Shown here: positions 27,066 to 39,770 of the stretch, one piece after another
Layout: the number at the start of each line of letters is the position of its first letter
Position numbering within the stretch: position 1 is the stretch's first letter
Source: Octopus sinensis
Lineage: Eukaryota
Direction: 5' to 3'
DNA length: 64,000 bases
Assembly (NCBI RefSeq): GCF_006345805.1
Contig: NC_043008.1
Span: forward strand, 2,728,001-2,792,000
Made by a program: the position numbers and the translations under genes
The notes under the pieces: model-generated
What the model was told of the DNA's origin: nothing
The model's input: only the letters and a program-made list of their open reading frames with translations
Database searches by the model: none

Positions 27066-29533
27066 AATAAAAATTTATGTTTAACATTTTTTTAAATTTT
27101 ACTCTTCTGCAAATTTGTGTACACGAGTTTTATGTAGATCATCGGCTTTTGAATGACGTAAGAGAAATTGTGTAATCATCTCGGATATTATTTACAACAC
27201 AAGCATAATAGTTTACTTGATAAATGGGGAAATACATAGAAGTACGTTATCGGTAAATAGTAACACCACAAACGTATCCATAGTATTTGAAATTCCTGGT
27301 AAAACACATTAGTTACCTTTAAATAAAAACTGGGCTTCATGGCACTATTGTTTTACGTCTAGATTTACAAGATTCATAAGAAATTGGAGAAAATATTTTC
27401 TGAACGTGAATATTAATATTGGATGAAAATATGAATATGACGAACTCATAAATACATTTATGCACACATTTTCGTTGTAGCATTTTGTGAAAATATATTT
27501 CACCTGATCCTCAGTTCGAAGTATCTTCCGTGTCATTGCATAGACTGGAAAGGAAAAAAAAGATAAAAATCACCGTGAATCAGGCTGACACCATTTTTGA
27601 TAGGACAGTTTTCTCTGACAGATTTTATCAACACATGTCTGTAAGTTGCTTTAGCTTAGAGCGCGTCTTCTGTATTTAATCTTTAGTTTGAGGGTAATTA
27701 TGTGAATATTAGAGGGTTGCGGGCCGTCAAAAATGACGGCTAATTGTAGTATTTTGATATAAATAAGATACAAAACCATTTTTGTAGATTAATAATTTTA
27801 TTAAGCTAATTTGCTTTTGTGAAAAATCTATCCGAAATTAACACACTGGTTTCCTTCAAAAGAATTTTTAAGTTGTCCGTTCTTCTTGTATGACATAAGG
27901 ACCACATGAAGCTGGCCGTGACTAAATACAGGAGCTGGCAAGAAAATACCAACTTTTTCGCAGCGACGTATCCTTTCAATTGCGCTCTCCATTACTGAAT
28001 CCAACCTAAACTCATACGACTTAAAACAACAAAAAGCAGACCGTGACTTATAGTTGATGTTATAATAACTAACTATTCAAACTTTATTACATACATTTCT
28101 TAATATTAATGAATTAGGCGCGTGTATGGACATTTGAATGTGTATTTATAATATACTTTTCAACTGCAGTCGTTTTATATTCGTGATACACTCAGACAAT
28201 AATTATTTTCTCTAATGAGTTTGGATATGTATAGGTTTGTGTAAGTGTGTGTGTGATTGTAATAATTATTTGTAACAAAACAGATAGAATATGGATGGTA
28301 ATTCAAATTAATACAGTTGTCAATGTTATCTGTTGGTTGTCTTTTGCTGTGACATCGATCATCGTTTCTTACTCAAAGAACACTAGATCACACAGACAAA
28401 AATTCAGATACCTTCCTTGTACACGCACACACATACACACATATACTCACACTGAGTTGAAATGCTGCTTGATTTTTCTTTTCAGCGTCGAATGCTCCCC
28501 CATCCCATTTCCATTGCACAGATACACACACACACACACACATACACACACACACAAACACACAAACACACGTTCACAAACCTCCCTATTACATACACAC
28601 GCATATACTGGACATAGATAGTTCATAAGTTGTGACGGAGAAAGACAGAAGAATATAATTATAATAGATTGAAGCTCACTGTTTTTCCTTTAACTAAACC
28701 AATAGGGAACAAACACCTTTATTGATTATGTTTATTTTCTTTACCATTTCATAATATTATTGACTCGCTCGGACTATGGTTTTTTTTTGTATGTTCAATA
28801 CCCAGCATTATGGTTTTTATATCGATCCGTATGAAGCCGATAATAGGAATAGGAAATATTATGAATGATGATGATGTTGCTGTTGCGAGGATATTTCCTT
28901 TTATATAAAATATAAGCCATTGCATTAGTCCATATGTTCAACATTATTTCACAATGTAGGATGTGAACTAAAAGAGAATTCACTCTTATTTCCAGTTAAC
29001 CAATTGACTGCTTAGATTATCTGTTCTTTATTCTAGTGTGACTAAGCTCTTTGAAGAACAAATATAATTGATAATTGGCATTATTCATTTTAAAATCGTT
29101 AATGAAACAGAACTTCCAGAAAGGCTGTCACAACAAAAAATGTTCTCCAATTATATCATATCTGAAATCTATTGATATTCATATTTCACTTGATTAAAAG
29201 TACTATGTTTTGAGTTCTCACAAGTAGAGCTACGCAAACTGGCAAATACTATCCCTCCTCGGGGAAGGAGGCAAGATCAAGAGATATTGAAGAAAAATGG
29301 GGCTATAATGGGGGTGGGGTGAACATGGTGCGCTGGCTGCCAGCGTAGACGTACATAATTCCTCAGGTATAAAAACCAATAGTGCTTAAAAATCGATCTC
29401 TAAACAAAATAAAGAACAAAACCAAATTACAATTAATTGAAAAGTTACGTACAACTAAACACCTTCTTTCATGCCAATGTCAAATACGCGTGTATATATA
29501 ATGCTCTTATATATGAGTACATGTGTGTCTGTA

Positions 29534-29544
<11 letters not shown>

Positions 29545-29621
<77 letters not shown>

Positions 29622-29693
29622 CACACACATACATATGACTTCCTCTATATGACTTCCTTCACACACACGCACACATATTTATGTATATATATA

Positions 29694-29725
<32 letters not shown>
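29545..29725. repeat. (CT)n/(TA)n microsatellite
   Basis: Seen directly. Confidence 0.95.
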
Positions 29726-29726
<1 letters not shown>

Positions 29727-29912
29727 ATAAATATTAGGGAATAAATCCAATTTACAGGAAAATCAGATTTAGGATTGAATCCAATTTTATAGTAAAATAT
29801 TATATAATATTAATTAGAGACAAAACCACTATTTTGCAAATCAAACAAAGACAGATTTAATCCAATACATAAAAAAATGTTAATATAAATTAAATAAAAT
29901 TATATTCGCCAC

Positions 29913-29950
29913 TACAATTGTTTCATGTCTCTTCTCAGGACATTCATCAG
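29913..29950 (-). ncRNA. Hammerhead ribozyme core (stem I not formed)
   Basis: Minus strand CTGATGA-ATGTC-ctgagaaga-GACAT-GAAAC-AATT-GTA: intact core, 5-bp stem II, palindromic stem III. Confidence 0.6.
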
Positions 29951-30146
29951 TTTATCAATGGCCAGCATATTAAAAATTACATTTAATGGTTAAACTTATA
30001 AACAACTTATAAATAAGGGCAAACGAAAAAATTTACAATGCTAGATATGCCGAAATTAGACACATTGTTCATTACCATTATACTTTTTTCACAATACGCA
30101 CGCTACTCGAAAAAAAGCCGACAGAAATCTCTAAAAGATTCCATTA

Positions 30147-30206
30147 TTACCATATCGGACCGATTTCAGGATTAGTTCGTAAGAACCCTCCCTTCGTCAG
30201 TGATAA
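30147..30206 (-). ncRNA. Type I hammerhead ribozyme with intact core
   Basis: UUAUCA-CUGACGA-AGGG...UCCU-GAAA-UCG-GUC-CGA-UA-UGGUAA: stem I UUAUCA/UGGUAA, stem II AGGG/UCCU, stem III AUCG/CGAU, predicted cleavage after AUA. Confidence 0.8.
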
Positions 30207-30213
30207 ACGGCAA

Positions 30214-30273
30214 TTATCACTGGCGAAGGGAGGGTTCTTACGAACTAACCCTGAAATCGGTCCGATATGGTAA
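30214..30273 (+). ncRNA. Type I hammerhead ribozyme, mirror copy with CUGA changed to CUGG
   Basis: UUAUCA-CUGGCGA-AGGG...CCCU-GAAA-UCGGUCCGA-UA-UGGUAA; A6 replaced by G at 30223. Confidence 0.7.
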
Positions 30274-30531
30274 TAACGGAATTTTTTAGAGATTTCTGTC
30301 GGCTTTTTTTCGAGTAGCGTGCGTATTGTGAAAAATTATATGGTAATGGACAATATGTCCAATTTTCGGCATATTTGGCATTAGAAAGATTTTCCTTTGC
30401 CCTTATCTATAAGTTATATATATATATATATATATAGGGTGAAATATAATTAATTTAATAAAATAAACAAATTTCACCTAGTAGTATTTCGGTATGGAAA
30501 AGGACCATATTCGGTAAAAAATTTATATTAT

Positions 30532-30695
30532 TATAATAACAAGGTTTTTTTTGCAACAAGTTGCTTAAACCACATACCGACAATTTTAGAAATAGCAGCC
30601 AAAAGACTACAAAAGGAAATAGTAGTCTTTTGGATGCTATTTCTAAAATTTTCGGTATGTGGTTTAAGCAACTTGTTGCAAAAAACCCTTATTAT
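30532..30695. repeat. Palindrome with ~80-bp arms and an 11-nt spacer (30611-30621)
   Basis: gcaacaagttgcttaaaccacataccgacaattttagaaatagcagccaaaagactac versus gtagtcttttggatgctatttctaaaattttcggtatgtggtttaagcaacttgttgc; 2 mismatches in the core. Confidence 0.95.
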
Positions 30696-30733
30696 ATATA
30701 TATATTATATATATATATATTATATATTATATA

Positions 30734-30768
<35 letters not shown>

Positions 30769-31212
30769 CCATATTTAGAAGCAGAAATATATTTGAAGAA
30801 AATCCGCATCAAACGTTTACATAGGAAGTTTAATCTATCTTAAATATCAGTGTGGTTAACATGGTTGTGCACTGGATGAACTTACTCATGCGATTTACGT
30901 TTCTGTGAAGGGAAATCTTCTGTTTTAAATCATAAGTTCTAGACAAGTGTGTGAACTAGCTTTAGGTGCTAACTGTGGAAAGGTAACGTATAATGAACGC
31001 ATATTCTTGAATACCGAATTAAATAGTCTTGCCGTTTAGCGAAACCCTATAATTCCTCTTTCACTCTTGCGGACTGTACAGTGTTGTAAAAATTTGAAAG
31101 AGGTCCCCCTTCATAAAATAATTCTACAGCGTTGGATTATGAATCAGAAATTAATGAGGTTAATAATCCTGCTCAGCAATGATATTTCCTTTATCATTTC
31201 CCACTAGAAATT

Positions 31213-31410
31213 ATTATCATCATCATCATCATTATCGCCGTTGTCATCTTATCATCATCGTCATAATCCTCATCACCACCACTAACTTCCACTTATATCA
31301 CCTTCATCACCACCACCTCCACATATATCACCCTCGCCACCACCATTGTCACTATCATCACTAACACCAACGCCACCTCCACCACCATTACCATCACCAA
31401 CACCATCATT
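31213..31410. repeat. (CAT)n/(CAC)n trinucleotide low-complexity tract
   Basis: Seen directly; source of the His-rich ORF. Confidence 0.9.
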
Positions 31411-31755
31411 CTTTTCTTTTTGCCGGTTTGATACAATCACTTGCAGGGTATCTCCAAATACCCCTAGGTTTTAATAGATATTTATAATTAACTGAAAGCT
31501 CGCTGAAGGCATTAGAGAAATACATTCATATAATAAAATGCAACAAAGCCTTTTTGATTTGTATGTGACATCATTCCCCTGGCATCTCAATGTTGGCGAA
31601 ATTCCTGTTTAATCATATCATGAACACCCACAACAGCAAGAACAGATTCCCATCTTTCAAACTTCAATTTCCAGGTCCTATAATTACGAAGTTTCACAAA
31701 TCCCTTTACATATATATTTGAATCAGCGGGGAGACTTATATATATATATATATTG

Positions 31756-31973
31756 TATCTTATCTAGTTTCAGCTCACGAGCTGTGGTCATGCTGGGGCA
31801 CCGCCATTTCGTGTTGCTACATGATTTTGCTTCACGAATGCTTTTTAGCAATTGCAATTTTGGTGCATAAGAGAGTTCGATGCAGCTGCCCTCATCTGCA
31901 CCTCCTGCCGTGAAGTTGGTTCATCTGGGACACCTGACAAGAAGAGATCCAGTTTTATTTTAATGACATCTGC
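31756..31973 (-). mobile_element. 3' terminal fragment of a CR1-group LINE
   Basis: IKLDLFLSGVPDEPTSRQEVQMRAAASNSLMHQ resembles the LD.FL..VPD.P...RAAASNSL ORF2 terminus; 3' UTR ggcggtgccccagcatgaccacagctcgtgagctgaaactag. Clade assignment is from memory. Confidence 0.7.
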
Positions 31974-32039
<66 letters not shown>

Positions 32040-32149
32040 TAGGCTAATCACATTTTCTTATTTCATAAGTACGTCTGAAGTATATGCGTTTGGTGGTAGC
32101 ACATGACTGACCAAAACAAGACGGCCCAAATATTTCATCAAACGTGATG

Positions 32150-32301
32150 GTACGGGGACTTACACATACCAACATCGGTTGTCAAGAGATGGGGGGAGGT
32201 TATAAAAGAAGATAGTTGCATAAGGTGTCACGCAGTGGGACTGAACCCGGAACCATATGGTTGGAAAGAAAACTTCTTATCATACAGCGACTCCTACGCC
32301 C
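32150..32301 (-). mobile_element. SINE family A, 5' part with internal deletion
   Basis: catcggttgtcaag...aaggtgtcacgcagtgggactgaacccggaaccatatggttgg...actcctacgcc. Confidence 0.8.
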
Positions 32302-32310
32302 ATATATATT

Positions 32311-32351
<41 letters not shown>

Positions 32352-32599
32352 ATATACCCGCGTACACTTAGAGAGAGAGAGAGAGAGAGAGAGGAAAAGG
32401 GAGAGAATATTATATTATCCTCTCAACACATACCAAATAACGATACGTAAGAACCAGGCAAGCGGAGACTTATTGCTATTCACATACAGAGTATACAACG
32501 TAAGCCGAAATGTATCCATAAACTTACATGTCTTCGAACGTTTCACCATTTCTGCACACATGTTGTACAAGCCCTCTAACACACACACACACACACACA

Positions 32600-32646
<47 letters not shown>

Positions 32647-33403
32647 CCTCTTTCTACTTTCCATCAGTCTGTGTCTGTCACTTATAGATTCATACTTTCA
32701 TCCGTACCACTCTCTTACACATTTTTTTTCTACTTATGCTCCTTCATCTTTGTTTTTTTCTCTGCTTACCACGCATATCATAGTCAAATACGCATTCATA
32801 TAAAAGCACAGACTAGATCATTGCCACAAGAAAGCAGGTCTGCCTATACGTGTGTGTATTTGTGTGTGTGTGTGTGACAAGCTTACACTATTACGTCTCT
32901 GCAAGCATGATAAATCATAGATCTCGACATATGTGTCGAGACAGGCTTTCATCTTCACTTCCATAACCATACTCTATCTATGCGTTTACGTGTGTCCATG
33001 TATGTACACATGCACGTGTGTGTACATTGTGTGTGTGTCTATATAGATAGAGGAACGCATGCACACACATAGGAATGTGCATGTATATAAGTATATATGT
33101 ACACACACACACACACATATGTATACTTATACATGCACACACATACATATTTATAATTATACACACACACACATGTATAGAATATAAAATTCCATTTACG
33201 CACTCCAAAAAGCCCTCATATAAAATCGCACACGCACACACGTTCCGCAAATGCAACAATAAATCATCTCAAAGTAATACTCTGTCTTCCTCTCTTTCCC
33301 GTCTTTTAGACCTGTGACTATCACTCTCCCTTCCGCTCATGCTCACGTACACACACACACACAGTCACTCACATATATAGACACACACAAACCACACAGA
33401 CAC

Positions 33404-33434
<31 letters not shown>

Positions 33435-33852
33435 ACACACACACACACATACACTCATACGAACTCTCATTTACACAAGCTGTGAACTATACAGACACTT
33501 AGAATCTTTAATTTTATCCAATTTTCCTTAATTTTCCTTTGAATATCATTCGGAAGAACAACATCAATTGTTCTGGAAAGTATTTAGCATTATTTCCCAG
33601 TATAGCTTCTGGTTCTCTTCCAAAGCTCAAATCTATTCTGAATGCATTTAATAGCAGCTGCAAGAGACATGTGTCAAGGTTCAAATACTAGATGTAAATG
33701 ATTATAATAAGAGAAATTGATTAAAAAGTCAGTTGGTATCCTCCATTCTATTCTTCTAACAATTGATGTTTTGCTACTCGTTGAATGCGTTATTGATATA
33801 TTAGTTTTAGGATTATAGCACTATGTAGCTGTCTGCCGGAATGTCTGTTCGC

Positions 33853-33922
<70 letters not shown>

Positions 33923-33923
33923 G

Positions 33924-33980
<57 letters not shown>

Positions 33981-34278
33981 ATGTTTGTCTGTCTGTCTCT
34001 CTCTCTCTATCTATCTATTTATTTATATAGTTATCTATCTATTTATCTATTTATCTATATATCTATCTACATGTCTGTGTGTGCGTCTGCCTGTCTTTGT
34101 GTCTATCTATCTATCTATCCATCTAATCTCTGACCGCCTTTCTGTGTGTTTTTTTCTGTATCTGGCCATCTTCTATCTATGTGTATGTTTCATTCTATGT
34201 GTGTCTCCATATATATCTGCGATTTCCTTTTTATATTCATCTGTATATTTATCTATCTGCCTACCTAACTATCCATCC

Positions 34279-34356
<78 letters not shown>
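33853..34356. repeat. (TATC)n microsatellite arrays
   Basis: Seen directly; explains the IYLS ORFs. Confidence 0.95.
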
Positions 34357-37325
34357 GTCTCTGTGTATTGATCTGCCTGTCTGCCAGAGTGTGCTCTGTG
34401 ATATCCATAATTGGATGCAGCTGACAGATACACTTATTTATATCTATTTATATATTCATAAATATATATGGCACAATGTGTAAGCCCATGTGTATATTTC
34501 CAGACAACCGATATCCTTCATCTCTCACCCCGCTTATTTACATTCTCATGGAAGTTAAACCTATTATTACCACCACCATCCAACCCCTCCTTCCACCTTT
34601 ATCACCCTCCTCCAAATCAACACCCCTCTTATTCCTTTCTGCATCATCATCTTCACCTTCATACAAACATGTTTATTTTTATCGTATTTTAATTCTATTC
34701 TATATGAAACTTGTATTCAATATAAGGATATGATCGTATAATACGCTTGAGCAAGCATTCCAAACCCAATACATTAGCCTTCTATATCTCTTTAATGACT
34801 TCTGGGTGATATGCTCTGGTGTGACTACAGGCATATAACCATATGTGGATAGATTTACATATATTATATTAAGTTAACTGGATACTTATAAAAATTTAAA
34901 TACATGCAGAATCCTCTTTATAATTTGTATGCACAGAGATATCGGAAAATACCATCTTCACTCCACCGCCTAGAGGAATGGAAAATATATATTATATACA
35001 CCCCTGTGTCTTGTAGAATAAATACTAATTTAATGAATATAAATTTACGCAATATTTCAGAAGGAAGCGGTATTTCCATTGTTGGAACACGTAGAATCGT
35101 ATTTCTTTTTTAAGTCATGCTCCGGATTTGCGTTTAATGAGAAGGGCAAGTTGTTCAATCATTCATTTGATGTCTTCAGTTGTGACAGAAGCTGCAAATT
35201 CCATCCGCATCTCAAGGTTTTGCGTGAATGTCATGCACACATTCATGATGCATAATTAATTATTAATAAGGCGTTAAAACTAAATCAGATAAGTGCACGC
35301 GCCAACACGTTACATGTATTGAATATGTTTCACCATCAACCGTTTGCTGGTGATTATTAAATGTGGTTCTAAAGAGCATATCACCAGCTCGTACGAGATA
35401 ATTGCTAAATATCAACCCATAATAAATCCAAAATAAATCCGTAACAAGCTGATACGGCACACGTGTTAGGTACGGTTATCCCTCGCTGAACTAATGAACT
35501 CTGTCAGTATCGCCAATGTATCGCAAATATGATACACTTATTCAGTAGCTGTTTCGCCGTTTCAGTTTTTATATTTCTCATAATTTATTGGTTAATAATC
35601 TACCTTGATTTATATACTCACCCGACAAAGTATGTTGCGGTGCCTTCAACATTTACGAATTTGGTCATAGAAGCGTAAATCTCTGTTAAGCCGGAAGCTA
35701 ACTCTTATTAAGTAGTGCAATAAATTACTGGTAATCCGGTTCTATCTATGTAGATTTGCTTTACTTTTGGCTGTTAAAAAGTAGTTTCTAGTTTACTGAC
35801 GATGTTTAGTCCTAAAGGAGGTTTGATGAATGATATTTCAGCAATCATAATGCCCCTCAATTTTTAAAGTATAATATATCTAGGAGTAACGTATATATAT
35901 ATATATATATATATATATCATTAATTCTTGCAGCAAACATATCCTTTACTTATGAAATATATCTGAGATTAATTTGAATGTTGCGGTTCTTATCCTATTT
36001 TTATGTTCGTTGATTAAGATGATGCTGTTGTGTTTGTTACATAGCTCAGATTTGATATATTTGTATATCTATCGATATTCTCTCTCTCCTTCTCTCACTA
36101 TATATATATATATATATGAAGACTATTTACCAACAAAATGTGGTACGCAATGGTTTTGGAGGTAGTTCAACAAAATACGTTTGTTCCACACAGTTATCTA
36201 AATTCATTTATTAGCAATCGAAATTGAGGAAAATACCAACTACAGTTTCTGTTACTTATCGTAATCCGTTTAAACAATTATCGTGCAATTCATCCTCATC
36301 TTTATCAAAGTCATTGTTCTTTTTTATTCAAATCATTAGTGTTCTTTCCTCCAGGCCAGTCTTTCATTAACTTCTTCTTCAAATAGCGTTCGAAGTAGAA
36401 TTTGAAGATAGAAAAGGTAGTTACTTCGAAAGAATATATTTGATGAAAGATGTATGGGAGAAAGGAAACAGGCCATTGTTATATGAACCTATTTAACACA
36501 TACAGGTATGATTATGGTAGCGTAAGACACTTAAGCTTTTTTAAACTTATGTATTAATAATATCTCATGTATTATAGGACTATAGGAGTTTAATGATGAT
36601 CACATGTATTTATGACACCAGCCCAAGAATATTTGTGACACCAGGTCATAAATATTCTTGACGTTGATTCATTGAACGGGCGGAGAAATGTTTTTAAAAT
36701 GGGACAACTACAGTAGTTCCCATGTAGCGAGAGCTTTACATTATTAACATGAAACAGCATTTATCATATTTACTATTTGTTCTTCGGTGTTCATCTAATT
36801 CCTCTGAACAGGGTGTTTCGAAGAAAAAAAAATGGAATATGTTGCCATTTGGATAAAACAGAGCCGGTCATTATTCAGCTTAGCGTTGTTTATGATCTTA
36901 AGCTGTTAGCAAAATCAGAAAAAAACTGGTGAAACTCTTGCTGTAAACTATTTGCATAGTCCGTACGGATATTCCCACGGAGATCGACAGTACAACTCAT
37001 GCAGCATGCACTGCGCGCCTGGAAAATATCAGGGAATATAAATGGAATATTAATCACCAATAGAGACAGAATGACAGATATAGATGAATAGTATATTACT
37101 GACTGTGAGTACTGGAGTTTGGTGATATAACGCCAGACGTAGATATAAATCCGAAGTAGAAATTAAGCATACAAAAAGGGATTAAATCTCTACGGATGGT
37201 TGTATCAGATCTCAAGGATCTTGAAAGAGGTGTCCGTATCAAAATAAGAAATTCAGAAAAATCAAGTAAAAATAAAAAATCATAGTTCTTATAAAAGTCC
37301 CTGCGTGCATGTATGTATGTATGTA

Positions 37326-37327
<2 letters not shown>

Positions 37328-37397
<70 letters not shown>
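37328..37397. repeat. (TA)n microsatellite
   Basis: Seen directly. Confidence 0.97.
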
Positions 37398-37401
<4 letters not shown>

Positions 37402-37409
37402 CATGTATA

Positions 37410-37760
37410 CAGGGGAATGAACTCGGAATCATATGGTCGGTGAACAAACGTCTAACAGCACAGCCTCACGTTGGCATGATTTTGTTTTATTTGACATATG
37501 TGACTGATGCACAACCTTTACATAAAACCACAAAGTTGAGACTCAGAAAACTGAAGCTTAATCCGGTTTCTATGGCGTTTTAGGAACTGAGATTAGAACG
37601 GCATTCATGCTGGCATGTTTGCTACATTGGCGGAAAACGCCGCAGTTTCAGTGACATTGTAAATGTAAAACAGGAAATACTGCTCTAAGCGTGGCCTGGA
37701 GCAATGTGAAACTTAGTAACCTGCTGGGCCAGGAATCGAAACCATTACGGTATGTTAATT
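37410..37760 (-). mobile_element. Decayed SINE fragments (family A head plus a second family)
   Basis: gggaatgaactcggaatcatatggtcgg...cacagcc, then ccggtttctatggcg...ctggagcaatgtgaaa...ccaggaatcgaaacc. Confidence 0.55.
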
Positions 37761-39022
37761 TCTGAAACACAATAGAACTACGTAGAGCAACAAAAGTTAA
37801 GAATACTAACAACTGGTATCAAAAAGAAAAAACCAACAACATTTTGATTCATTCAGAAAATATCAACATGTCCTGCATTTATCTGTTTGCTAACCTTTAC
37901 AAATTTCAAAATATTCTGACGCCACCACCGGCGGCCATAATCAATAATTTATTAAAGCGAGGCAAAATACACTTATTCTGTAAGTCGTCTTCTGTTTCTT
38001 CTTTAGAACAAAACATCTTTTATCATAATGAAGCAGTGTTTTTTTTATTTATTTTATAGAAAAATGAATATGTAAGTAATAGTAATAAACAAGTCTCTGT
38101 GTCACTAATATAATACAAAGGCTGAAAATTATTTGGCTCAATGCCACATTTACTGACAATGCCAGTGATTGCTTCATTATTTGCTTGAATATTTTGGTGC
38201 GCAGTTTTCAAAATCTCTAGTTAATAGCTGCTGATATAAATGCTCAAGCTCGCTTCATTTCCCCCAGACCCGATTTGCATCTAATGGTCTGAACGGTAGA
38301 AGGAATAAAAGGGAGATATAGAGATATGCAGGTCAATGCACATACTAGGCGTAGTGTCAGACGATGAGTAATGAAAGTTACACAGACACACACAGTGAAC
38401 GACACCGGACCATAGGAGGAAAAGAAAAGAAAAGATGGAGTAAGCAATGTAATAAATATTTTTCTTTTCTTAAATTTATTGCATCAGCAAATTTACAACA
38501 AGATTACCATTTTGGCGTGTCTGCCATATTTTCTGACACTGTAGAGTTTATTAGATTAAGTTAAAAACGAATATATGTGTCAGATTTTCAATAGGATTAA
38601 TGTTAAATTATCCTTCTGATGTTTACATAATTTGCTAACAGAGAAAATAACTCCTACAGCTTCTAAACATCTTTCCCATCTTGCAATTATCTTGCCGTAT
38701 ATTTTCAATTATTTCAAGAATTTGTAAATAAGCAGATATATTTACACACAACAAATCAATTTCTGTGTGTTACATAGGATTCGGCGGAAATCGTTTTAAG
38801 CTCTATCAATTTTCATCAGAAACGACAACTTCCATACATAAATTCAAGAAGATACTTAAACGCAAGTTTGACAAAATACTAGGAACACTTAGAAAATAGC
38901 CTTTTGAGAAATAAATTATTTCAGCTGTCACATGACAAACGTTATCGATGTCATACTTGTCTTTTAGGTTACAGTACACAAAACACGATTGCATGTGTCT
39001 GTGTCTATATTTAGACGCACAA

Positions 39023-39059
<37 letters not shown>

Positions 39060-39094
39060 GATAGATAGATAGATAGATATATATATATATATAC

Positions 39095-39305
39095 ATAACT
39101 TTCTTTATTGCCCACAGGGTGCTAAACACAGAGGGGTCAAAACAAAGGGTTTCATTCGATTACATCGACCCCAGTGCGTCACTGCTACTTATTTAATCGA
39201 CCCCTAAAGGAGGAAAGGCAAAGTCGAACTCGGCAGAACTTGAACTCGGAACATTACGGCAGACGTAATACCGCCAAGCATTTCGTCCGCCGTGCTAAAT
39301 ATTCT
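39095..39305 (-). mobile_element. SINE family B
   Basis: tcgattacatcgaccccagtg...atttaatcgacccc...gaaaggcaaagtcgaactcggcagaacttgaactcggaac...gcatttcgtccgccgtgcta. Confidence 0.85.
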
Positions 39306-39419
39306 GTGTGTGTGTGTGTGTATGCACAAATATATGTGTATGCGTGCGCGTGTGTATATGTGTATGAATTAATATATGTTGCTCTTGTGTATTCTGTATC
39401 TATGTTTTACCTTTCGTAG

Positions 39420-39770
39420 GATTCTTCGCGGCCCTCTGACGGTTACGGCGACGAGGGTACCAGTACATCCGATCAACGGGACAGCCTGCTCGTGAAATCA
39501 ACGTGCAAATGGCTGAGTACTACACAGGCACGTGTACCCTTAACGTAGTTCTCAGCTAGAGACAGTGTGTGACAAGGCTGACCCTTTAAAATACGGGTAC
39601 AACAGAAACAGGAAGAAAGAGTGAGAGAAAGTTGTAGTGAAAGAGGACAGTAGGGCTCGCCACCACCTCCTGCCGGAGCCTTGTGGAGCTTTAGGTGTTT
39701 TTGTTAAATAAACCCTCACAAAGCCGGTCTGGGTATCGAATCTGCATTCTGGGCCATTGCGCTTCCAATC
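39420..39770 (-). mobile_element. Octopus-type SINE (third family)
   Basis: gatcaacgggacagcctgctcgtgaaatcaacgtgcaaatggctgagtact...cccttaacgtagttctcag...gccggtctgggtatcgaa; homologous to 13016-13075. Confidence 0.75.

Larger units (their letters stand above)
30005..30417. repeat. Palindrome with ~200-bp arms and a 7-nt spacer (30207-30213); inverted PLE-type terminal repeat
   Basis: 30005-30206 is the reverse complement of 30214-30417; 4 mismatches in the inner ~122 bp by manual alignment, more distally. Confidence 0.95.

Noticed and set aside
27723-27740. Hairpin gccgtca-aaaa-tgacggc
   Set aside because: Isolated 7-bp stem with no partner terminus or target duplication found.
30005-30417. 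ADAR-editing signature fixed between the palindrome arms
   Set aside because: The differences are transitions in both directions with no consistent A-to-G polarity.
38250-38390. Prohormone-like dibasic sites (RRNKRE) after an acceptor-like site
   Set aside because: All frames read close within about 20 codons.
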